This document shows positions 28,839-36,179 of a DNA stretch of 64,000 nt, in pieces. The notes under the pieces were generated by a model. The model was not told where the DNA came from. It ran no database searches and saw only the letters and a list, made by a program, of their open reading frames with translations. The stretch comes from Lachnotalea sp. AF33-28 (GTDB lineage: Bacteria > Bacillota > Clostridia > Lachnospirales > Lachnospiraceae). Location of the stretch: NCBI RefSeq assembly GCF_003477885.1, contig NZ_QUEE01000006.1, positions 111,628 through 175,627 on the forward strand. Reading direction: 5' to 3'. Each line of letters begins with the position of its first letter. The first letter of the stretch is position 1. The translations under genes and the position numbers were made by a program.

Positions 28839-30680
28839 ATGAAGGAAGTAAAGCTTTATATGAATCATCTGACAAGGATGTTTTCCCGCTTGTTTTGTTT
28901 AGTTCCGCAGGCGTTCGTCGCAGTACTGTTTATAGCTGTGTTTGAGGCAGTACTGCCCTATGTAAATGTGATTGCTATGCAATTGATGATTGACGGTCTT
29001 ATGGGTAAAGAACCGGTTAAATCATTAATGACCATTGTGCTTGTCACGATAGGAATCAATGTGTTCCTCAGACTGGTCCTGGGAGAATTGAAAAGACGGC
29101 GCGAGATTTTGGTAGTCCGGTTAGAGCTGAAATTTCAGAAGGAACTTAGTATTCACGAATCGAATTTATCGCTTGTGGATGTTGAATCTGCAAGAGTCAA
29201 GGAACTGAAAAGAAATATTGAGCAGGCCAAGATGAGAAGCGGCGGGGTGGAGAATGTTATTTTTGATTTTGAAATACTCGTAAGGAATGCGGTGTCGTTG
29301 ATAACGGCGGCTGCTGTCTTTTCACGTATATTCCTTATGCAGACAAATGCGGGAGAAGTATCCTTCTGGACATCTCCGTACCCGGTGTTCATTTTAGTAT
29401 GTATCGTTATCATCAGTACATTGGTCACCTTCCGGCTGCAGTCGGCGCAAAACATCCGTGTGTCTGAGTTGAATGATGAGGTAAACCGGACAAATGGAAG
29501 TGCTTTTGCGTATATGCAGTTTATTTCCAATTATCATTTTGGGAAAGACATCCGTGTGAACGGCCTGAAGGATTATCTGTGCGGTTTTTTTGATGGCCTT
29601 TGGACGTCCTCGATCGGATATACGCTTTGGCAGAAGCTTGGAAAAGAAAAAGCAAAGATACCTTGTATCACCGTTGTCTGCAACGGAATCTTAAACATTT
29701 TCATATATATGCTGGCCATAGGAAAAGCCTGTGCCAAAGAGATCTCTGTTGGTAATGTCGTAGTATATATCAATAGCATCCAGTCATTCATCCAGTCCAT
29801 TGTTGAGCTGATCGGGTCGGGTGGAGAAATCGTTGGCCATGGCATGCTGATGAAGCCATTTCTTGAGCTTTTAGATATGGAAGAAGAATTGCCGGTGGAA
29901 AAAGGGAGAACGGTTCCGCCAAATTTCCGGGAACTGTCTTTTGAACATGTTTATTTCAAATACCCGGAGCAGGATCAGTGGGTGCTTGAAAATGTCAGCT
30001 TTACTTTAAAAAGGGAGCAAAGGATGGCTCTGGTAGGAGAAAACGGTGCGGGAAAGAGTACGCTGATCAAGTTGATCTGCCGGTTTTACGAACCGAATCG
30101 GGGCAGCATCAAGATCGACGGCGTTGATGTGCGCGAATATGATAAAAGGCAGTATTGGAATTTAATCGGAGCTGTTTTTCAGGATTTTTCGCTGCCTGCC
30201 CTTGGAATTGGGAATGTAATCTCCTGCATGAACGATTTTGATGAGCAAAAAGAGCGTGCTATTCTGCAAAAGGTCGGTATGGATAAATGGCTGTCAAAGC
30301 AGGAACTTACATTTGACCGATGCGTCTACAATGATTTTTCTGATAACGGCATAGAAATATCGGGGGGCGAAAGCCAAAAAATAGCGATTGCCCGCGCCGT
30401 ATACAAGGATGCGCCTATTATGATCCTGGATGAACCCACCGCGGCGCTTGATCCTATTTCCGAGGCGTCTATTTACCGGGATTTCCATGAGATCTGCAAA
30501 GATAAGTCCTGTGTTTTTATTTCACATAGACTGTACAGCTGCAGGTTATGCGACTTTATCCTGGTACTCCATAACGGGAAACTAATCCAGCAGGGGACAC
30601 ATGAGGAACTGGTAGGATATGCCGGAAAATATAAAGAACTTTGGGATTCGCAGGCGGGATTGTATAACGAAATAGGGTGA
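28839..30680 (+). CDS. ABC exporter, fused transmembrane and ATP-binding domains (heterodimer partner 2)
   Basis: GENGAGKST, ISGGESQKIAIARA, IMILDEPTAALD. Confidence 0.85.
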   Translation: MKEVKLYMNHLTRMFSRLFCLVPQAFVAVLFIAVFEAVLPYVNVIAMQLMIDGLMGKEPVKSLMTIVLVTIGINVFLRLVLGELKRRREILVVRLELKFQKELSIHESNLSLVDVESARVKELKRNIEQAKMRSGGVENVIFDFEILVRNAVSLITAAAVFSRIFLMQTNAGEVSFWTSPYPVFILVCIVIISTLVTFRLQSAQNIRVSELNDEVNRTNGSAFAYMQFISNYHFGKDIRVNGLKDYLCGFFDGLWTSSIGYTLWQKLGKEKAKIPCITVVCNGILNIFIYMLAIGKACAKEISVGNVVVYINSIQSFIQSIVELIGSGGEIVGHGMLMKPFLELLDMEEELPVEKGRTVPPNFRELSFEHVYFKYPEQDQWVLENVSFTLKREQRMALVGENGAGKSTLIKLICRFYEPNRGSIKIDGVDVREYDKRQYWNLIGAVFQDFSLPALGIGNVISCMNDFDEQKERAILQKVGMDKWLSKQELTFDRCVYNDFSDNGIEISGGESQKIAIARAVYKDAPIMILDEPTAALDPISEASIYRDFHEICKDKSCVFISHRLYSCRLCDFILVLHNGKLIQQGTHEELVGYAGKYKELWDSQAGLYNEIG

Positions 30681-30702
30681 AGATCCGAAGGACTGACAGA
30701 CG

Positions 30703-30765
30703 ATAAAATCATTCAAAAGGCCAGCCCGCTTTACCGGTATAGCTTCGGTAAAGCGGGCTGGCCTG
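30703..30765. terminator. Hairpin element copy 2 (bidirectional terminator-like)
   Basis: gataaaatcattcaaaaGGCCAGCCCGCTTTACCGgtatagcttCGGTAAAGCGGGCTGGCCtg. It differs from copy 1 by a compensatory C-to-A / G-to-T change in the stem. It sits between the ABC gene stop and the convergent cotF-like stop. Confidence 0.6.
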
Positions 30766-30773
30766 CCCTTAGC

Positions 30774-31028
30774 TTATGCTTTGGCCTGCATGGAGAACTT
30801 TTGTTTCATCTGTTCTACCTGTTGCTGTGGTGCCTGTTCCATAGGATACCATCCTTTGGCCGACATTTCCTTATACAGTTGATCCTGCATTTTAAGCGAA
30901 TCGTTTAAAGCACATTCAAATGCCTGATGAACATTCTGGGTGGAAGATTCAATGGTGCCGTGCATAAATAAATCACAGACACCTTTTTCCAGTAATAAAA
31001 TATCCTGCATTAAATTTTTGTCATCCAT
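30774..31028 (-). CDS. Spore coat protein CotF-family (coat F domain) small protein
   Basis: Start MDDKNLMQDILLLEKGVCDLFMHGTIESS with a GAGGAGG site; track ORF from 31043. Coat-F-like helical pattern. Confidence 0.5.
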   Translation of the reverse strand: MDDKNLMQDILLLEKGVCDLFMHGTIESSTQNVHQAFECALNDSLKMQDQLYKEMSAKGWYPMEQAPQQQVEQMKQKFSMQAKA

Positions 31029-31100
31029 GGACAGCCTCCTCACTTTAGATCACCTGCCGTCTGACCGGTGATACTTTCACGCATCCGTGTATTTTCTTCC

Positions 31101-31274
31101 TTACAGTAAATTATAAAACTGGCCGAACATTTTCTGATGTTCCTGCGCCATCTGTTCCACGCAGTTCTTCAGGTTCTGATCCTGAAGCTGGCTTGCTGTT
31201 TCTTTACATTTGGTCTGAAAGTACTGTTCATGTCCTAATGCATCTTCAATATAGAGAAGTTCTTTGCTGGTCAT
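31101..31274 (-). CDS. Small (57 aa) CotF-like spore coat protein, absent from the ORF track
   Basis: My translation gives MTSKELLYIEDALGHEQYFQTKCKETASQLQDQNLKNCVEQMAQEHQKMFGQFYNLL. Strong GGAGGTGA site 7 nt upstream of the ATG. Tandem with the downstream CotF-like gene. Confidence 0.45.
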   Translation of the reverse strand: MTSKELLYIEDALGHEQYFQTKCKETASQLQDQNLKNCVEQMAQEHQKMFGQFYNLL

Positions 31275-31383
31275 CGCTTATCACCTCCGGGCGTATTGAA
31301 GGTCTGTGAAATCCTTCTGTAATAGAATAACCGGAGAGTGCAGATGGCATACTGATGAGTATAAGGTAAGAATGTTAAAATTT

Positions 31384-31421
31384 TGAAAAAGTCCAGAAGA
31401 TGCGCCATCTGGACTTTTACT
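31384..31421 (-). terminator. Rho-independent terminator of the SPFH gene
   Basis: Minus-strand aagtccagatggcgcatcttctggactt followed by TTTTcaaaaTTTT. Confidence 0.6.
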
Positions 31422-31451
31422 CAAAGTTACCGATTACAAAATTGTGCATAT

Positions 31452-32549
31452 TTAGCTGGACATGAGTTCCTTCAGCTGCTCCAGCACGCCGTGGCCTCCT
31501 GTGATGGAGATGGTGCCGACCTTATCGCAGATGCGCTCCAGATACTCCAGCTCCTTGAGCTGATAAAGCGTCTTGTTCTCCTCCATCAGCCGTGCAGTGT
31601 TTAACAGGCTTCTGGTGGATGCCACTTCCTCCCTGCGTGTGATCACGTTGGCCTGGGCCTTCTTTTCCGCCACCAGCACTGTGTTCATGATATCGCGGAT
31701 CTCACCGGGCAGGATGATATCCTTGATGCCTGCCTGCAGGATTTCCACGCAGTAATCCTCCTGGACCTCTTTTAAGCGGTCAAAGACGTACTGTCCGATC
31801 TCTTCTTTCTGTGCCAGCAGATCATCCAGGCGGAAACGGCCGATATACTCGCGCATCACCAGCTGGGCGCAGGTGTAGAGCTGGTCTTTTAGGCCGTCTA
31901 TCTTCTGGACAAGCTTTAGAGGATCGGTGATCCGGTAGGAGAGGATGACATTTAAACGGATCCCCACCTTATCGGCTGTCAGGATCTCCTGCCCGTTTAT
32001 TTCCAGGCGCTGCATCTTCATGTTAAAGATTTTACAGGATACCTTTGCAGCATAGTTCCAGAAATAATAGGTGCCGGTTGCCAGCTGCTTTTCAAACCGG
32101 TTGTCGAAATACAGAAGGCCGGTTTCGCCCTCGCCGATCTCGATTTTTTTGTACAGCCTGGAAGGCATCAGATCACGGTAGATCTTGGGCAGCGTATCGT
32201 CCATATAGGGCGCGGTGATATCGATCAGGCGGAATTCGTTCTTTTCGAATACATTCCAGCACAGGGCTTCCCTGTCGGTCAGAACCGCCTTATAGGTATC
32301 GTTTACAAAATGCAGGGCGATGCAGTTGTCCGGAATCTGTACGCGCATAACCCTGGAAGCGAAATCTTCATGCTTCATCAGCAGCTCCACAGGGATGTCG
32401 CAGGTTTTGACATATCCGGTCATGGGAACGGTCTTCACATCATAGCCAAGAGCTGCGGGATAGCGGTACTTTCCCGCGGTCAGCAGTTTCTGATATACTC
32501 CGTTGCGGCACAGATAGCCGCATTCATTTTCTTTAATTATGTATTTCAT
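31452..32549 (-). CDS. SPFH/band-7 (slipin-like) domain protein
   Basis: Start MKYIIKEN with a GGAGG site; track ORF extends to 32612. SPFH domain signature through the central region. Confidence 0.7.
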   Translation of the reverse strand: MKYIIKENECGYLCRNGVYQKLLTAGKYRYPAALGYDVKTVPMTGYVKTCDIPVELLMKHEDFASRVMRVQIPDNCIALHFVNDTYKAVLTDREALCWNVFEKNEFRLIDITAPYMDDTLPKIYRDLMPSRLYKKIEIGEGETGLLYFDNRFEKQLATGTYYFWNYAAKVSCKIFNMKMQRLEINGQEILTADKVGIRLNVILSYRITDPLKLVQKIDGLKDQLYTCAQLVMREYIGRFRLDDLLAQKEEIGQYVFDRLKEVQEDYCVEILQAGIKDIILPGEIRDIMNTVLVAEKKAQANVITRREEVASTRSLLNTARLMEENKTLYQLKELEYLERICDKVGTISITGGHGVLEQLKELMSS

Positions 32550-32929
32550 ATGTTCCTCCATACTGCCTCTTCCCGGTGTACCGACACATATATATGCAGT
32601 CAAACAGCACACTGGAGGCTTAAAAATTGATGTTGCAGTCCGCTTCGCACAGGAAATGCGGATGATACCGGGGATATCAGCCGTTCACGGCCGCCGGAAC
32701 CGGACGGGACAGGGCTGCATCGCGCTTTTTTGTTTCAAGCGCGTTCCCGGGCGGTCTGGGCGGCTTAGAAGGGCCGTCCGCAGCATCATGCTGGCATTTT
32801 CCCGTGCTTCTGTCAGAGGCGTCCCCGGTACCGCGCCTTGCGGCGGGAACCGGGAGGCGGTGCAGAGTGTGCACCGGCTGCCTTTTCAGAAGGAAGCTTT
32901 CTGCGTTTTGCTGGTTCCATTCCTTTGGG

Positions 32930-33005
32930 GAGATGGATCATAGAATGATTGCTATACCACTTAGCTATCTGTCTTTTCTGACAGAGGAGGATTCGAACCT
33001 CCGAC
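32930..33005 (-). ncRNA. Candidate tRNA-like (permuted) RNA module: T-arm, closed acceptor-like hairpin, D-arm-like hairpin; possibly a Y-RNA/YrlA-like tRNA mimic
   Basis: Minus-strand read: GGAGG-TTCGAAT-CCTCC (canonical T-loop), then TCTGTC-agaaaa-GACAGA, then TA-GCTA-AGTGGTA-TAGC-A (D-arm-like with GG), then a short ATCA/TGAT hairpin. There is no anticodon arm. It sits in a 665-bp ORF-free GC-rich gap directly downstream of rtcB. Confidence 0.35.
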
Positions 33006-33224
33006 ACATCATGAGCGCCCGGCTGCCTGGAATACCGCATCGGCAGAGCCGCCGGTACCGCGGAGGAAGCGTGGAAAAGGTTTCATACGAACCTGATCCA
33101 TGCATAATCCCCGGCGCACAGGCAGTGTTCCCTCTGTTTTAGCAGAGGGAGAGCACGCCCGAAGAACAGCCGCGCATATATAAAAAACTGTATTCGGCCG
33201 TCAGATATTCCGGCCGGCAGTTCT

Positions 33225-34457
33225 TTATCCTTTCACAACGCCCGCTGTGCGCAGACGTTTCACCGGTATGACCAAGTCGCTCTGACAGGCCATCACCGCA
33301 TCAATGTCTTTGTAAGCGAAGCGGCTTTCCTCCGCCACATCCTGCTTATTTTTCTTCCCGAGCACCACGCCCCGGCTGTTTAAATCCAGCATCACCTGCT
33401 CGCAGGAGAAGGCGGCCATGGCGCCTTTTCTGGAAAAGCGCCTGCCGGCGCCGTGCGAGGAGGAGCAGAAGCTCTCTTTATTGCCCGTTCCCATGACGAT
33501 ATAGCTGTAAGAGCCCATGGCGCCCGGTATGACGGTGATTTCACCGTTGTTCGCCCGGGTGGCTCCTTTTCTGTGTACCCAGACATCCCTGTCATAGTGA
33601 TGCTCCAGCGCGGCATAATTGTGGTGGCAGTTGATCTCGCCGGAGAATTCCAGAGTCAGATCGGTATATTTGCCGATCCACTTTTCAAAGACGGATTTTA
33701 CGGACAGCATCATCTTTTCACGGTTTTCCCTGGCAAATTCCAGGCAGAGATTCATCCAGTTTAAGTAAGCCCGGCCCTCTTTGCTGTCTGTAGGTAAAAA
33801 AGCCAGACGGTATTCATCAGGCACATCGCTGTACCATCTGCGGTTTAGCTCTCGGGCTTTCGTATGGAAATAATCGCATACGCTCTTGCCGAAGTGCCGG
33901 CTGCCGGAATGGATCATAATACCCAGGTATCCTTCGTCATCCACCTGTACCTCGATGAAATGATTGCCTCCGCCCAGCGTCCCAATCTGGAAATAACCGG
34001 CATCCAGCTGGCCTAAAAGCTCCCCGTCCTTTTCATACAGATCGAACTCCTCAAAGGCTTTATCCAGCGTGTAGCAGGGCATCGCCGTCTTATGATGGGC
34101 AAACCCCACAGGGACATTGCGCAGTATATCGCCGATGATGCCCTGCAGCAGGGTACCGTTTCCGGTGGTGATCCCCTCAATTTCCTCCAGACGGATGTTG
34201 GTCTGGGTGTAGGCCATGCCACAGCCGATATCCACGCCCACAGCGTTAGGTATAATGACATCGCAGGCAGCGATGACGCCCCCGATGGGCATGCCCATGC
34301 CGGCATGGGTATCCGGCATCAGGCAGACCCACTTATGGAGGAAAGGAAGCCGGGAAAGGTGGTATGCCTGTGTCAGACAGGTCTCTTCCAGATCCTCTTT
34401 TCCGTTCAGCCAGACCCGTATCGGGTATTTCGTAGATTCATCAGAGATAACAAACAT
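33225..34457 (-). CDS. rtcB: RNA ligase RtcB (3'-phosphate/5'-hydroxyl nucleic acid ligase)
   Basis: 410 aa. Start MFVISDESTKYPIRVWL; the conserved RtcB core includes CLMPDTHAGMG. Track ORF from 34505. Confidence 0.9.
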   Translation of the reverse strand: MFVISDESTKYPIRVWLNGKEDLEETCLTQAYHLSRLPFLHKWVCLMPDTHAGMGMPIGGVIAACDVIIPNAVGVDIGCGMAYTQTNIRLEEIEGITTGNGTLLQGIIGDILRNVPVGFAHHKTAMPCYTLDKAFEEFDLYEKDGELLGQLDAGYFQIGTLGGGNHFIEVQVDDEGYLGIMIHSGSRHFGKSVCDYFHTKARELNRRWYSDVPDEYRLAFLPTDSKEGRAYLNWMNLCLEFARENREKMMLSVKSVFEKWIGKYTDLTLEFSGEINCHHNYAALEHHYDRDVWVHRKGATRANNGEITVIPGAMGSYSYIVMGTGNKESFCSSSHGAGRRFSRKGAMAAFSCEQVMLDLNSRGVVLGKKNKQDVAEESRFAYKDIDAVMACQSDLVIPVKRLRTAGVVKG

Positions 34458-34637
34458 ACAAATCACTTCCTTTCCTAATATATTAGCCGCGATCCGGCAG
34501 CTCATTTCCCATCCGGGATTAATTTGTTTGTTGTTTGCTATGGCTATATCATACAGGAAGATAATGGATGAATCATTTAAAAAAAGTTGCGAACATTAGA
34601 AGCCGGCTGTAGCTTTACGGCATCTATGAACAGATTA

Positions 34638-34838
34638 CTGTTCACACGCTGCCGATAAAGCAGCGTATGAGAGGACAGGGTATGGTTCTCATAGGGATCC
34701 CTTGAAGCCCGCCGGTACTTATTGCTGTGTATTTTACAGCATTAGTACCGCTGCGCGCTTCACGGAGCGAGAGCGGGTCCCAATGAGGACCATACCCTGT
34801 CCTCTCATACGCGGGAAGTTTTCGGTAACTGTGAACAG
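34638..34838. repeat. Copy B of the ~200-bp structured repeat (inverse orientation relative to copy A)
   Basis: Outer inverted repeat ctgttcaca/tgtgaacag. 33-bp inverted repeats tatgagaggacagggtatggttctcatagggatccc / gggtcccaatgaggaccataccctgtcctctcata. The central hairpin carries compensatory substitutions relative to copy A. Spurious ORFs 34642..34905 and 34734..34925 overlap it. Confidence 0.85.
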
Positions 34839-34923
34839 TAACAGCCTGGACCATTCGCAGTTGCGCCATTCTGTAATGTGCGTTAAGATGGATACATTGA
34901 TACAAGCTTTAAGGAGGAAATCC

Positions 34924-36177
34924 ATGGCGGAGTTTCAGGAACTGATTAAAAATTTTGAGAAGATCAGAGACTATATGAGAGAATTCTTTGTCTACGGCTG
35001 CAAAGTGCGCCAGGACTTCACCGGCAAGAGCCTGCGCACCTATGATAATGAGCGCCGGAGAATCGAATGTTTCCTGGGAGATTACATCCGTTCCGAATAT
35101 ACATCCAAGGGGAAACAGATCTACATCAGCGTGGACAGCAAGAACATCGCCCAAAATCCGCTCTATGCGGCCTGGAAGGCGAAGAGCTTTACCGATAACG
35201 ACATCATGCTTCATTTTTTTATCACGGACATCCTGTGGGACGGCAAAGAAAGAACGGTAACCGGCCTGACCGACCGGATCCTGGAGGAGTACGGGGTGGA
35301 ATTTGAGGAACAGACCGTGCGTTTGAAACTGAAAGAATACGAAGAGGAGGAGATCCTGCAGAGCAGGAAACAGGGAAAAGCCCTGTATTACCGCTTGGCT
35401 GAGCCGGAGGCATTTGAATCCTCCCCGCTCTATGAACACCTGATGGACGCGGTTAAGCTGTTTCAGGAGATATCGGCCTTCGGTTTTATCGGCAGCACCG
35501 TTTTGGACCGGGAGAGAACCGGCAACGATCTGTTCAGTTTTAAACACCACTATCTGGTCCACACGCTGGAGGACGGCGTGCTCAATGAACTGCTGGAAAC
35601 CATGCGCAGGCGCTGCAGAGTGCGGTTTGAGAACCGGAGCGCCCGTTCCGGCAGGGTCACACAGCAGGAGGGCGTTCCGCTGTCCGTATTTGTCAGCACG
35701 CAGACCGGCCGCCGTTACCTCTGCATATATTTGGAAGCAAAGCGGCGATTTGTCAACATGCGGCTGGATGCGATCTGCAGGGTGGTCAGGCTGGAGGAAT
35801 ATCCGGATTATGAAAAACGGCAGGAGGAGCTGCGCCGGAACCGAAAAGCCTGCTGGGGAGTATCCTTTTCCGGGAGTTCACGCAGCCTGCGCATGGAGGA
35901 AATCTGTCTGAAGCTGCGCATCGACGAAAAGAGGGAGGAATATGTGACGGACCGCCTGCGGCGGGAAGGCAGGGGAGGGGAAGTGCTGCGCATAGATGAG
36001 CATACCGTCCTGTACAGCGGAACCTTTTTCGACTGCAATGAGATGCTGCCCTGGATCAAAACCTTTACCGGAAGGATATTGGATATACAGGTGAGCAATC
36101 CGGCAGTTGCGGATAAGCTGACGAACGATCTGGACAGAATGTATCAGATGTACACAGACACTGCTAAGGAAGGATAG
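34924..36177 (+). CDS. WYL domain-containing protein (putative ligand-responsive transcription regulator), first of a tandem pair
   Basis: Start MAEFQELIKNF with an AGGAGGAAAT site; track ORF from 34702. WYL-type motif RRYLCIYLEAKRRFVNMRLDAICRVVRL and a C-terminal WCX-like region. Confidence 0.55.
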   Translation: MAEFQELIKNFEKIRDYMREFFVYGCKVRQDFTGKSLRTYDNERRRIECFLGDYIRSEYTSKGKQIYISVDSKNIAQNPLYAAWKAKSFTDNDIMLHFFITDILWDGKERTVTGLTDRILEEYGVEFEEQTVRLKLKEYEEEEILQSRKQGKALYYRLAEPEAFESSPLYEHLMDAVKLFQEISAFGFIGSTVLDRERTGNDLFSFKHHYLVHTLEDGVLNELLETMRRRCRVRFENRSARSGRVTQQEGVPLSVFVSTQTGRRYLCIYLEAKRRFVNMRLDAICRVVRLEEYPDYEKRQEELRRNRKACWGVSFSGSSRSLRMEEICLKLRIDEKREEYVTDRLRREGRGGEVLRIDEHTVLYSGTFFDCNEMLPWIKTFTGRILDIQVSNPAVADKLTNDLDRMYQMYTDTAKEG

Positions 36178-36179
36178 AG

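Noticed and set aside
32986-33002. Canonical tRNA or tmRNA gene at the GGAGGTTCGAATCCTCC T-arm
   Set aside because: No 5-bp/7-nt anticodon arm and no encoded or positioned CCA. The acceptor-like strands occur in the wrong order (3' strand before 5' strand). There is no tmRNA 5' GGGG start or resume-codon region. Permuted ssrA is not known in Firmicutes. It is treated as a tRNA-like mimic instead.
32539-33142. Plus-strand ORFs 32539..32943 (134 aa) and 32804..33142 (112 aa) in the rtcB-SPFH gap
   Set aside because: No ribosome-binding site, Arg/Gly/Pro-rich composition typical of GC-rich non-coding sequence. The region is better explained as structured RNA.
34702-34923. Upstream extension of the first WYL gene (track ORF starts at 34702)
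   Set aside because: The extension reads through the repeat element (translation MKPAGTYCCVFYSISTAARF...). The ATG at 34924 has a strong AGGAGGAAAT ribosome-binding site.
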